The notes beneath the pieces are model-generated. The model had not been told where the DNA came from, did no database searches, and saw only the letters and a program-made list of their open reading frames with translations. Both the position numbers and the translations under genes were made by a program. Positions 20,947 through 30,565 of a DNA stretch of 64,000 nt are shown in pieces. The stretch comes from an uncultured delta proteobacterium (GTDB lineage: Bacteria > Myxococcota_A > Polyangia > Polyangiales > Polyangiaceae): the NCBI GenBank assembly GCA_963806225.1, contig CAWDXG010000004.1, positions 4,512,001 to 4,576,000 on the forward strand, in the 5' to 3' direction. Position 1 is the first letter of the stretch, and every line of letters begins with the position of its first letter.

Positions 20947-21960
20947 CTAGCGCGACTTGAGTGCGACTGCGCCGGGGGGCGGCGTCGCGGTGCCCAGCGC
21001 CAGCGAGAGCGCGCGCACCGTGTTGCGCAGGCCGTCCACCGCGCGGTCGCTGTCCGGCGCGGACGGTTCGGGCTGGCCGTCGGCGAGCCAGCGCTCGAGA
21101 CCGCCCTCGCCGAGAAGGCCCGCCAGGCCATACAGGCGAGTGCGCGCGAGCGGGATTCCTGCCGACAGCGACGCGGCCAGATCGGCCTCGAGCGCGGAGG
21201 GATCCGGATAGCGATTGCCCGGGTCGAGCCCGATGCCGTGGTTGCCGATCACGCCGAGGTCGATACCCGCGCGCTCGCCGAAGCGCGCCACCGCTTCGCG
21301 AGCGTAGGAGTGCACCAGCGCCGGGCCGAACCAGTGCCCTGTCTGCTGCGCAAAGCCCGTCTGGTAGACCATGAACGAGACCTCGTCCCAGTCGATGCCG
21401 CTCACCGGGATGTCGAACGCATCCTCGACCAGCGTGGAGCCGCGGCGCTGGTCGAGCACCATCGGGTAGGTGACGGCGTGCACCGCCAGGCCCGCGCGGC
21501 GCGTCGCATCCACCGCGCGGCCGAGCTCGCCGCGCGCGTGTTCGAAGGCCGCCGGATCGATGTGTGAGCGCAACAGGCCGAGCCAGCGCGCCGGATTCAG
21601 CTTCTGCGCGGCGCGCAGCGCCTCCGCGTAGTCGTACGCCGGTTCGAGATCGATCGACACGCCGTCCGCGACGACGCCGTCGGGCGCCGCGCGCCAGCGA
21701 ACGATCGCAGCGAGCAGCTCGGCGGCCTGCTCCGCGTTGCTCTCGCCGATCCAGTACCCTTCGGCCTCGGGCAACAGCGGCCACAGCCTGAGCGGAATGC
21801 CCGCGTCGGCCGCGCGCCGCGTGAGCGCCGCGAACCCGGCGTCGCCTACCCGCCCGGCGGGAAGGTGCAGGCCGAGCCGGAGTCCGCGCGACGCGAGCTC
21901 GGGCAGCGCATCCGCCACCTGCTCGTCGCTCATCAACTCCGCCCACACCCCGGGGCCCAT
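20947..21960 (-). CDS. Hypothetical TIM-barrel protein with glycoside-hydrolase-like acidic motif
   Basis: DGVSIDLEP and DEVSFMVYQ resemble GH18-type strands 4 and 6; coding-like codon usage. Confidence 0.55.
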   Translation of the reverse strand: MGPGVWAELMSDEQVADALPELASRGLRLGLHLPAGRVGDAGFAALTRRAADAGIPLRLWPLLPEAEGYWIGESNAEQAAELLAAIVRWRAAPDGVVADGVSIDLEPAYDYAEALRAAQKLNPARWLGLLRSHIDPAAFEHARGELGRAVDATRRAGLAVHAVTYPMVLDQRRGSTLVEDAFDIPVSGIDWDEVSFMVYQTGFAQQTGHWFGPALVHSYAREAVARFGERAGIDLGVIGNHGIGLDPGNRYPDPSALEADLAASLSAGIPLARTRLYGLAGLLGEGGLERWLADGQPEPSAPDSDRAVDGLRNTVRALSLALGTATPPPGAVALKSR

Positions 21961-22027
21961 GCGCTCACACTAGATCACCGAGCGCCATTTCACTACATGG
22001 CCAGATCGTGTCGGTTCCGGCGGGCCG

Positions 22028-22614
22028 CTACTTCAGCTGGCACCCCGGCGCCTGATCGCAGGTGTCGACGCCCAGGTCGACGCAATCACAGCCGCTGTTG
22101 TCGCAGGCGCCGTCGTACCAGTCGCAGCCAACCGCGTTGCAGGTGGCTTCGTCCGGGACGGCGTCGCACTGCAGAGTGCCAACGCAGACGCCAAGGTCCT
22201 CGTCGGCGCCGCGCTGCCAGGGGTCGAGATTGCCATCCTGCAGTCGTATCGTGAACTGCTTGGGCCCAGGGCGACGATTTCGGCGGACCAGGCCCGGACA
22301 CCCCCGGTGTCTTCCTTCTCGTCGACCTGCAACACCCACAGGTGATCGGCCGAGGGTTGGTCAACGTCGCCGGTCGAGACGAGATACGTGCAGGGATGTG
22401 ACACGTCGCCCCAGTACTTCTGGATGCAGGCGCCGTCCGCTGCGAACTTGACGCCCTCGGAATTGCTCTCCCACGTCCCGAGCAGCACCGACGGATACGC
22501 CGAGGAGCCCAGCGGGTCTGACGAGCCGCCGTTGCCGGCGCCCCCCGGCGCCCCGCAGGCCGTCGCAGAAAGCAGCAGAATCGGCACGAAATTCATGGCC
22601 TTACGCAGAAACAT
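22028..22614 (-). CDS. Lipoprotein with Cys-rich C-terminus (one -1 frameshift at ~22262)
   Basis: SD AAGGAG, lipobox SATAC, LLGTW motif. Adding one base joins EIVALGP to KQFTIRLQDG...CQLK*. Confidence 0.6.
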
Positions 22615-22683
22615 GGGGATCTCCTTCACAATCTCCACCGCCCTGTTCGGCTGACGGCGCGGGCGTAAAAAGTTCGAGGGGCG

Positions 22684-22719
22684 GCGCGGCGAGCGCGGCG
22701 AGCGCGGCGAGCGCGGCGA
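22684..22719. repeat. Intergenic tandem repeat, 9 bp x 4
   Basis: GCGCGGCGA in four perfect copies. Confidence 0.85.
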
Positions 22720-22752
22720 GGGCTTCCATGTGGCGAGTCATGCCCCCCGGAA

Positions 22753-22820
22753 TGTCCGGAAAGCGGACGTTTGGACGCCCATGACCCCTCATGGCCCCTG
22801 AAATGTCCGGAATCCGGACA
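22753..22820. promoter_or_regulatory. Pair of 17-bp palindromic sites
   Basis: TGTCCGGA-A-TCCGGACA (perfect, 22804-22820) and TGTCCGGA-A-AGCGGACG (22753-22769), starts 51 bp apart. Confidence 0.5.
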
Positions 22821-22937
22821 AAAACCAGCCCGGGTGTTGCCTGATGGAAACCCATGCGCCCCCAGCTCGTCTTTCCTTTTGGGGCACCCAACCAGGTCCC
22901 AAAGCAGGCCCACCCCGCCCGTCGCCGCAGCCCACAT

Positions 22938-23087
22938 CCGTCCCATCCCGTCGCAGCGCGCGTCGTCCCATCCCGTCACAGCGCGCGCCGTCCCATCCCG
23001 TCACAGCGCGCGCCGTCCCATCCCGTCACAGCGCGCGCCGTCCCATCCCGTCACAGCGCGCGCCGTCCCATCCCGTCACAGCGCGCG
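22938..23087. repeat. Intergenic tandem repeat, 25 bp x 6 plus degenerate tail to ~23123
   Basis: Unit CCGTCCCATCCCGTCACAGCGCGCG; copies 3-6 identical, copies 1-2 each with one substitution; no spacers. Confidence 0.92.
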
Positions 23088-23110
23088 CCGTCCCATCCCG
23101 TCCCATCTCG

Positions 23111-24601
23111 TCACCGCGCGCCGTCGCTGCAGCGATCTACCGGCTTGGGTGTGGGGTGGCCGCCGAAGATCATCTGTTGGCGGATTTTGGCGAGCGGGGC
23201 TGAGTTGTCGAGCTCGATGTTCCGGCCGTGGCGGATGACGCCGAGTCGTCGCAACACCTTGTCCAGCGCGACGGGGTCGGCGCGATGGGCGTGCTCGGCG
23301 GCGAGCCGCTCCAGCACGCGCGTCCCGACGGCATTGTCGGCCGTCCTCAGCGTGCGCGACAGGCCCCAGACTCTGGTCGCATCTCCGCCGTCTCCGAGCA
23401 CCGCGCGCATCCCGTCCTCGAGTCCGCGCCGCCCGCCGCTGGCTTGGCGCATCTGCATGTCGGCCAGCAGCACCATGATGGCTCCGCCCCAGTAGATGCC
23501 CTTGTAGCTCCTCGCGCTCTCGAGTCCCTTGCTTGCGAGCGAGGGCAAACCCTCCGGCATCGCGTGCGCGAATTCCCGCCACACGTCGCGTTCATCGAGC
23601 CAGCCGGCCCGGGCGCGGATGAGCGGCTCGTAGTAGGTCGCGAGGCCCTCGTCGAACCACTTTCCTTCACCGAGATACGACGGCGAGCCGGTGTGGAACA
23701 GCTCGTGGACGAGCACCCAGTCCTTGTAGAGCGATTCGCAGTCGGCGTGCTGTCCGACGCGCACGACGATGGCAGGGCTGCTGTCGGGCAGCAGCTTGCC
23801 GAACACAACGCTGGCTCGCCCTTTGGTGGGCATGACGATGACCAGCGCATGCTTGACGGGGAAGCCGCCCCAGAACCGCGCGACGGCCATTGCCGAGTCC
23901 CGCACCCAGCGCGTGACCAGTGCGTGTGACGGATCGAATGGCGCGTCGAGCGTCGCGACGGTGATCTCCGTGGTGGCGTGCGTGCCGCGTGACAGCGCGC
24001 CGGGACCCGGCAGCTCGAAGCGGGCGAGATCGAAGTTTCCGAACACGGAGTACGCGCCGACGCGAATCTCCTGCGTCTCGAGACGGTAGACCGGACCGGC
24101 GGGTGTGAGGCCGCTGATGAACCGGGTGTGGGGCGGCGTGTGCACCGCTATCGTCACGGGCGCGGCGTCGGGCAGCGGATCGGGGCGGAGAATCCACGTG
24201 GATACCGGCGCGACGAGCGAGTCGCCCACGCGCTCGGCCACGTCGAAGTCCTGCGCGTCGGTCGCGATCGAATCGAGATCCAGGTGGTAGCGGATGTGAG
24301 CATCCGGAGTGACGTGAGGCAGGGCCCAGCGTGCGCCGTGGTGCACGAGCGCGCCCCCGTCGGCTCCGCGCACCTGGCTGAAATGCGGAATCGACGCGCG
24401 CTCGGAAGCGATGAATCCGCCGATGTTCGCGCCCCCGCAGCGCGCGTCCACGTCGAGACCGAGCGGGCGGCCCGGCCGCACCGTGACGTCGTAGTTGCAC
24501 GACGCGACCTGTGCGTGCTTGGCCTCTGCGGCGGGCGCGCGCGCCCGCGTGCAGCCGGACAACGCCGTCAGAGCGAGCAGGTACGCTGCACGCAGCCTCA
24601 T
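23111..24601 (-). CDS. Gluzincin metallopeptidase lipoprotein (M61/M1-like)
   Basis: Lipobox LSGC; HELFH followed by WFDEGLATYY; YWGGA. Confidence 0.8.
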   Translation of the reverse strand: MRLRAAYLLALTALSGCTRARAPAAEAKHAQVASCNYDVTVRPGRPLGLDVDARCGGANIGGFIASERASIPHFSQVRGADGGALVHHGARWALPHVTPDAHIRYHLDLDSIATDAQDFDVAERVGDSLVAPVSTWILRPDPLPDAAPVTIAVHTPPHTRFISGLTPAGPVYRLETQEIRVGAYSVFGNFDLARFELPGPGALSRGTHATTEITVATLDAPFDPSHALVTRWVRDSAMAVARFWGGFPVKHALVIVMPTKGRASVVFGKLLPDSSPAIVVRVGQHADCESLYKDWVLVHELFHTGSPSYLGEGKWFDEGLATYYEPLIRARAGWLDERDVWREFAHAMPEGLPSLASKGLESARSYKGIYWGGAIMVLLADMQMRQASGGRRGLEDGMRAVLGDGGDATRVWGLSRTLRTADNAVGTRVLERLAAEHAHRADPVALDKVLRRLGVIRHGRNIELDNSAPLAKIRQQMIFGGHPTPKPVDRCSDGAR

Positions 24602-25941
24602 GACGCTGCCTGGGTCTCGTCTCCACTCGGTTTGGGTCGGGCGAGGCTCCGCGCAAAGGCCTGTGACGCGAAGGGCAGTACAAGGCCGGGCAGACCGACC
24701 TTGGGCGCCAGCTGGCCAACCAGACCGAACAACAGCACGAGCGTGCGTTCCACGTAGAAGTAGCCCTCGGGATACTCCACGCTGCGCATGATGTCCCGCA
24801 AGCGGCCGCGCGTCTGTTCGTAGCCGGAGAGCTGCTCGACGGCCTTGCGATCGATGCGCGAGAAGTCTTCGATCTTGACGTTGGCGAGTACCTGCAGATA
24901 TTCGCGCCCCACATCGGCGAGCAGCTCGCGGTCGCCTCCCTCGGCGATGAAGCCCATGCGCTCGAGCCCGGAGAGGATCAGCTCGTCGTTGCGCGTGATG
25001 GCGCCCATGACGACCGTCTTCATGCCTTCGCCGAGCGCTTCGGTGACTTCCTCCACTGCGCCGTAGTCGAGAATCACCAGGACAGGCCCAGGACGCACCA
25101 GGAAGTTCCCGGGATGCGGATCGGCGTGGAACACGCCGGCATCGAAGAGCATCTTGAAGTAGCAGTCGACGAGCAGCCGTGCGATGGCCTCGGTGTCGAT
25201 GCCGCGCTTGCGGAGGGTAACCTGGTCGCTGATCTTCGTGCCCTCTTCGAAGGTCATCGTGAGCACGCCCTTGTGCGTCAGCTCGTCGACTGTCGTCGGG
25301 ACGACCACGTCCTCGCGATCCTTGAACAGTTCGCGAATGCGCTCCATGTTCCGGCTCTCGTTTGCATAGTCCGTCTCGCGCGCGAGCATGGCGCTCAGCT
25401 GGTCGAGCACGCGTTCAATCCGGGACATCACGACGAGCCGGCGCAGGATGGGCATGACCGAGCGCATGACCGCCAGGTCGCGGCGGATGAGCTTTTCGAC
25501 GCCGGGATACAGCACCTTCACGGCCACGGCGCTGCCGTCCTTGGTAACGGCGCGATGCACCTGCGCGAGCGAGGCGGCGGCGAGTGCTTCGCGCTCGAAG
25601 CTCTTGAACCGGGAGAGCGGATCCGGCCCCAGCGCCTCTTCCAGGCGCCCCTCGATCTCGCGGAACGGCCGCGGCGGTACCTGATCCTGGAGCCTTTCCA
25701 GCTCCTCTCCGAAGGCGCGCGGCAGGAAGGTGCCCATGACGCTCAGCACCTGGCCCATCTTGATGAACACGCCGCGCAGCCGGGTGAACCCGTCGGTGAG
25801 CCGGCGCGCGTTGGCCCGGTTCACGCGCTCGAGCCGCGCCTTCAGGCGGCGCCGGCCGAACAGCCTGGTGAGCAGCCACTGGATTCCGTAGGACGCGAAG
25901 ATCGTCCAGAACATCAGCAGGGCACGCAGTGAGCGGATCAC
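24598..25941 (-). CDS. ABC1/AarF/UbiB-family atypical kinase
   Basis: FIKMGQ (KxGQ), LQD, AAASLAQVHRA, VAVKV, HADPHPGN and LDYG motifs. Confidence 0.92.
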   Translation of the reverse strand: MIRSLRALLMFWTIFASYGIQWLLTRLFGRRRLKARLERVNRANARRLTDGFTRLRGVFIKMGQVLSVMGTFLPRAFGEELERLQDQVPPRPFREIEGRLEEALGPDPLSRFKSFEREALAAASLAQVHRAVTKDGSAVAVKVLYPGVEKLIRRDLAVMRSVMPILRRLVVMSRIERVLDQLSAMLARETDYANESRNMERIRELFKDREDVVVPTTVDELTHKGVLTMTFEEGTKISDQVTLRKRGIDTEAIARLLVDCYFKMLFDAGVFHADPHPGNFLVRPGPVLVILDYGAVEEVTEALGEGMKTVVMGAITRNDELILSGLERMGFIAEGGDRELLADVGREYLQVLANVKIEDFSRIDRKAVEQLSGYEQTRGRLRDIMRSVEYPEGYFYVERTLVLLFGLVGQLAPKVGLPGLVLPFASQAFARSLARPKPSGDETQAAS

Positions 25942-26002
25942 GGCTGGGGCAGCCTAGCACCCCTGACGGTGGCGCCCCTGGCGGCCCGGAGCGGTCGTGG
26001 CT

Positions 26003-26989
26003 ATGCATCGGCAGATGCTTCGTTTCACCCTGCCTTTCGCCCTCGGTCTAGCTGCGCTGGCCGCCTTCGCTGCCTGTGGCCCGCACGCTGCCGGGCCGGC
26101 CCGGGCGCCCTCCACAACGGCGCCGCCACCTGCTGCTTCCGCACAGGCCGATGCGCCCACGCCTCCCGCGCCAAACCCGGAAGAGGTCGAGGCCACTCCG
26201 GAGGCCCCGGCCGCGCGCGACGTGACGGTCGCCCAGGCACTGGCGTCGTCGTTCCGCAGCGACAAGCACCGGCAACGGGATCGCTATCGTCATCCCCGCG
26301 AGACGCTGGAGTTCTTCGGACTGAAGCCCGACATGACCGTGGTCGAGCTCTGGCCGGGCCGCGGCTGGTACACCGAAATCCTCGCTCAGGTGCTCGCGCA
26401 CCGCGGCCGGCTCGTCGTGACCAATTTCAATCCCGACGGTCCCCAGGACAAGGAGCCCAACCGCCTGGCGCGCAAGCTGGAGCAGCGCATGCACGAGCAA
26501 CCCAAGCTCTTCGGGAAGGTGCAGGTAGCCCACGTCGAGCCGCCGGCGAAGCTCGACCTCGGCGTGGACGGCCAGGCGGACCTGGTGCTCACGTTCCGCA
26601 ACTTCCACAACTGGATCAAGGGCGGCTACGACAAGCAGGTGGTGGAGGCGGCGTACAAGGCGCTCAAGCCAGGCGGCGTGTTCGGGGTCGTCGAGCATCG
26701 CGCCAAGCCGGGCACCAGCCTCGAGCAGATGAAGCGGAGCGGCTACGTGACCGAGGCGTACATCAAGAAGGAAGCGAAGGCAGTCGGCTTCAAGCTGGCC
26801 CGGGAATCGGACCTCAACGCGAACCCGAAGGACACCAGGGACCACCCGGCCGGTGTCTGGACGCTGCCGCCGACGCTCCGGCTCGGGGACAAGGATCGGG
26901 CGAAATACCAGGCGATCGGCGAGAGCGACCGCATGACGCTCGCGTTCGTCAAGCCCGGATCCCCGGCAAATTCCCGTTCCGCTCGCTAG
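26003..26989 (+). CDS. Exported SAM-dependent methyltransferase-like lipoprotein (COG4798-like)
   Basis: Lipobox FAAC; RDRYRHPRETLEFFG, ELWPGRGWYT, FRNFHNW, LKPGG and GVWTLPP motifs. Confidence 0.85.
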   Translation: MHRQMLRFTLPFALGLAALAAFAACGPHAAGPARAPSTTAPPPAASAQADAPTPPAPNPEEVEATPEAPAARDVTVAQALASSFRSDKHRQRDRYRHPRETLEFFGLKPDMTVVELWPGRGWYTEILAQVLAHRGRLVVTNFNPDGPQDKEPNRLARKLEQRMHEQPKLFGKVQVAHVEPPAKLDLGVDGQADLVLTFRNFHNWIKGGYDKQVVEAAYKALKPGGVFGVVEHRAKPGTSLEQMKRSGYVTEAYIKKEAKAVGFKLARESDLNANPKDTRDHPAGVWTLPPTLRLGDKDRAKYQAIGESDRMTLAFVKPGSPANSRSAR

Positions 26990-27037
26990 ATCGCTTCGCT
27001 GCCCTCAAGATCCCGTCGCTCCCGCCGTAGTGCGGGT

Positions 27038-27997
27038 GTGAAGGTCCTCCTCGCCGATGACGAGCCCGTCGGGCGACTGCTGCTCAAACGTTGGCTGGAG
27101 GAATGGGGCTACGAGGTGGTGACGGTGGGCGACGGGGTGGCCGCGATCCAGGTCCTGCAGACCGACCCTGAAGTGCGGATGGCGGTTGTGGACTGGGTCA
27201 TGCCGACGCTCGACGGCATCGACGTGTGCCGCTGGATCCGCGCGAGAGACCAGGAGCCCTACGTCTACACCATCCTGGTGACTGCCCGGGACGAGAAGGC
27301 CGACATCGTTGCTGGATTGCAGGCGGGAGCGGACGACTACATCATCAAGCCGTGTCATCGGCTGGAGCTCCAGGTGCGTCTGCGCAGCGGACAGCGCGTG
27401 ATCGAGTTGCAGGAGCAGCTGGTGCGCGCACGGGAGAAGCTGCGTTTCGAAGCCATGCACGACTCGCTCACCTCGTTGCCGAATCGTGCAGCGATCCTCG
27501 AGCGGCTGGACGAGGAGCTGGCGCGCTCGGCCCGCACCGGAAAGCCGGTCAGCGTGGTCATGGTCGATCTCGATCACTTCAAGCGCGTCAACGACGACTT
27601 CGGCCATGCCGCCGGCGATGCCGTACTGCGGGGGGTGTCGAGCGTGTTCAAGTCAGGGGTGCGTCCGTATGACTCGGTGGGGCGCCTGGGCGGCGAGGAG
27701 TTCCTCGTCGTGTTGCCGGAATGCGACCTTGCGAGCGGGTTTGGTGTTTGCGAGCGGCTGGGAGCTCTGCTGCGCTCGCATTCGATCAACGCTCCCATGG
27801 GCCAGTTGAAGGTCACGGCGAGCATGGGTGTGGCCTCGACGTCACAGGCCGAGGTGCTCGCGGCCGAGGAGTTGACGCGAGCGGCGGACGCCGCACTCTA
27901 TAGGGCGAAGCGAGGCGGACGGGACCGGACGGAAGAGGCTACGGCGACCGACTGGGCGCTCGAGCCCCCACCAGCCCTGGGGTCGATTTCAGCCTGA
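27038..27997 (+). CDS. Response-regulator diguanylate cyclase (REC-GGDEF)
   Basis: Receiver domain (DD, DWVMP, KP); DLDHFKRVND; RPYD I-site; GGEEF. Confidence 0.93.
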   Translation: MKVLLADDEPVGRLLLKRWLEEWGYEVVTVGDGVAAIQVLQTDPEVRMAVVDWVMPTLDGIDVCRWIRARDQEPYVYTILVTARDEKADIVAGLQAGADDYIIKPCHRLELQVRLRSGQRVIELQEQLVRAREKLRFEAMHDSLTSLPNRAAILERLDEELARSARTGKPVSVVMVDLDHFKRVNDDFGHAAGDAVLRGVSSVFKSGVRPYDSVGRLGGEEFLVVLPECDLASGFGVCERLGALLRSHSINAPMGQLKVTASMGVASTSQAEVLAAEELTRAADAALYRAKRGGRDRTEEATATDWALEPPPALGSISA

Positions 27998-28103
27998 GCA
28001 GTTTCTTCCAGGCCCGCCGCCGGTTTTTTGGGCTTTTTGGGAACAGGAACGCGCGGGAGCCACTTTCCATCCGGCGCGTAGCAGCTAGACTCTCGGCGGC
28101 ACA

Positions 28104-29519
28104 TTGGCAAGTTCGTCCGCAAATCCAGAACAGGGGGTGACCGACGCGCAGATCTTCCGGCGCGCGCTCGGCGTCGGCCTGGTCGGCGTGCTGCTGTTGC
28201 TCGCCCTGGTGCTCTTCGAGAAGGCCTCTGCGAGCGTTCCGTCCCCGCCCGGCCCATCGCTGGATTCGTTCGTGGCGCCCGCAGCGCCGCAGTTGAAGCG
28301 GGCGAAGCACAAGCAGCTCCAGCTCGAGCCGCTGACGCCGGAGCTCAGAGCGCGGGGCTACCATGAGTGCAACCCGCCCGATCCCCTCGGGCTCGGTCCC
28401 TACGCGTCGTATCGCACGATCGCGATGGGCGCGCGCATGCTGATCCCGCAGAAGGGCGGCCACACGCCCGACATGGGATACGACGTGATCGTGCACTTCC
28501 ACGGTCACGAGGCGGCACGCAAGATGCTGGTCCAGGTCGCGCGCGGCATCGTGTATGTCGGCCTCGACAAGGGCCTCGGCAGCGGGCCGTATGCCGACGC
28601 GTTCCAGGCGCCCGGCGCGTTCCCCAGGCTCCTGCGTTCGATCACTGCGCAGCTCAAGGAGTACTCCGGCGACGATCGCGCGCACATCCGTCACCTGGCG
28701 TTGTCGGCGTGGAGCGCGGGCTACGGCGCGGTGAACCAGATCCTCAAGCACGGACACCGGGGCATCGACGCCGTGTTGCTGCTCGACGGGCTGCACGCTG
28801 GATGGAAGCCGGGCCGCCGCCACGAAGAGGACGCGGCCAACGCGAGCAGCGCCTACATCCAGCCGGTGTTCGACTTCGCGCGGCGTGCCGCGCAAGGCAA
28901 CGGGATTTTCATCTTCACCCACTCCGAGGTGGATCCGGTGACCTATCCGTCCACCACCGTGACGGCGAATCTGCTGCTGTCGGACCTGGGCCTGGAGCTC
29001 ACGCCGGAAGATCCCGGTGACCAACGCTTCGGCATGGTGGGCCGCGTGGACGTGAAGGGCTTCCATCTCTGGTCGTATCTCGGCGCCAACGAGGACGCGC
29101 ACTGCGCCCATCTCGAGCACCTCGCGCCGGCGCTCGCGATCATCGAAGGAGCGTGGGACACGCCGGCGATGGACCGGGATGTGCCGTTCCACCGCGCGCC
29201 GAAGCTCGGCGGCGGCGATGCCGAGAGCGCGGATGCCGGAGCTCCTGCCCCTGGAGCCGGAACAACGGCAGACGAGGCGCAGGCAGCCGCGGGAGCGGAC
29301 GGCGGCCCGGGCGACCTCGCGCAGCATGGCGCCCAGGAGCCGCCGGCGGACAACGGCAGTTTCCAGCCGGTGCTGCTCGGTCCCGGCAGCGCGAAGAAGC
29401 TCGCGAATCCGGGCGCACACGACCCTCTGGGCGTGAGCGGCCCGCCCAGCGTTCCGCTCGCTCCGCCGGCGTCGGCCGCGCCCGCTCAGGGTCCCCTCGC
29501 TCCCGGCGGGCAGCCGTAG
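28104..29519 (+). CDS. Membrane-anchored alpha/beta-hydrolase-like hypothetical protein
   Basis: N-terminal TM; VHFHG, LSAWSAGYGAV elbow, LLLDGLH, HCAH; low-complexity tail; start uncertain. Confidence 0.6.
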   Translation: MASSSANPEQGVTDAQIFRRALGVGLVGVLLLLALVLFEKASASVPSPPGPSLDSFVAPAAPQLKRAKHKQLQLEPLTPELRARGYHECNPPDPLGLGPYASYRTIAMGARMLIPQKGGHTPDMGYDVIVHFHGHEAARKMLVQVARGIVYVGLDKGLGSGPYADAFQAPGAFPRLLRSITAQLKEYSGDDRAHIRHLALSAWSAGYGAVNQILKHGHRGIDAVLLLDGLHAGWKPGRRHEEDAANASSAYIQPVFDFARRAAQGNGIFIFTHSEVDPVTYPSTTVTANLLLSDLGLELTPEDPGDQRFGMVGRVDVKGFHLWSYLGANEDAHCAHLEHLAPALAIIEGAWDTPAMDRDVPFHRAPKLGGGDAESADAGAPAPGAGTTADEAQAAAGADGGPGDLAQHGAQEPPADNGSFQPVLLGPGSAKKLANPGAHDPLGVSGPPSVPLAPPASAAPAQGPLAPGGQP

Positions 29520-29533
29520 CTCGCGAGCGCGCT

Positions 29534-30505
29534 TCAGTCCGCCGGCGGGAACAAGCCGGGCAGCGTGTCGAAATCGACGTTGCCGCCCGACAGCACCACG
29601 CCCACGCGCATAGCGTCGGGCAGGGCGCGGAACGCCTCGCCGAGCACGACGGCGACTCCTACCGCAGCGCTCGGCTCGACGACGAGCTTCATGCGTTCCC
29701 ACAAGAAGCGCATTGCCGCCAGGATCTGCTCGTCATCGACCGTCAGGATCTGTTCCACATGGTCGCGGACAACGGGCCAGGTCAGCTCGCCGAGGCTGGT
29801 CCGGAGACCGTCGGCGACCGTGCGCGGATCGTCCTGGGGCAGGCGCCGTCCCGCACGCTTCGAGCGTGCCGCGTCGTCGGCGCCGCTCGGCTCCGCGCCG
29901 ATGACGCGGAGCTCGGGCCTCACGCCATGCGCGGCCAGGGCGATGCCCGAGATCATGCCGCCGCCGCCGACCGGGGCCACGATCACGTCGAGGTCCGGCG
30001 CCTGCTGCATGAGCTCCAGAGCCAGGGTGCCCTGCCCGGCGATCACATCCGGATGATCGTAGGGCGGGATCAGGGTGCCGCCGGTCTCGGCGACGACGCG
30101 GGCGGCGCCCTCTTCCCGGGCAGCCTGGTTCGGCTCGCACGGATGGACGTGGGCGCCGTAGCCCTCGACCGCGCGGCGCTTCACTGCCGGCGCGTTGGTC
30201 GGCATCACGATGTGCGCCGGTATCCCCCGCAGTCTGGCTGCGAGCGCCAGCGCCTGGGCGTGGTTGCCCGAGCTGTGCGTGACGACGCCATGCTTGGCTA
30301 CCGCCGGCGGTAGCTTCATCACGGCGTTGCAGGCACCCCTGAACTTGAACGCACCGACCTTCTGGAACTGCTCGCACTTCACGAACAGCCGCCGGCCGGA
30401 CAGCGCGTCGAGCGTCAGGCTCGTCATCACCGGAGTTCGGTGGGCGTACGGCGCGATGCGTTCCGCCGCCTCGCGGATATCCTCGAGCGCCACGGGCTCG
30501 TCCAT
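29534..30505 (-). CDS. PLP-dependent serine/threonine dehydratase / serine racemase family
   Basis: KCEQFQKVGAFKFRGA, SSGNHAQ, PVGGGG and SGGN motifs. Confidence 0.92.
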   Translation of the reverse strand: MDEPVALEDIREAAERIAPYAHRTPVMTSLTLDALSGRRLFVKCEQFQKVGAFKFRGACNAVMKLPPAVAKHGVVTHSSGNHAQALALAARLRGIPAHIVMPTNAPAVKRRAVEGYGAHVHPCEPNQAAREEGAARVVAETGGTLIPPYDHPDVIAGQGTLALELMQQAPDLDVIVAPVGGGGMISGIALAAHGVRPELRVIGAEPSGADDAARSKRAGRRLPQDDPRTVADGLRTSLGELTWPVVRDHVEQILTVDDEQILAAMRFLWERMKLVVEPSAAVGVAVVLGEAFRALPDAMRVGVVLSGGNVDFDTLPGLFPPAD

Positions 30506-30565
30506 TTGCGGCGAGCATGCCGGCGTGGAGCGCGCGGCGTCAACGCGGCGCCGGCCGGGAGCCGA

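Noticed and set aside
22876..22905. Integrase attachment or arm-type site remnant (CACCCAA / GTCCCAA repeats)
   Set aside because: Too short, with no integrase, tRNA or flanking direct repeat to support it
22938..23123. Possible CRISPR array
   Set aside because: Units are contiguous with no unique spacers, and there are no cas genes in the window
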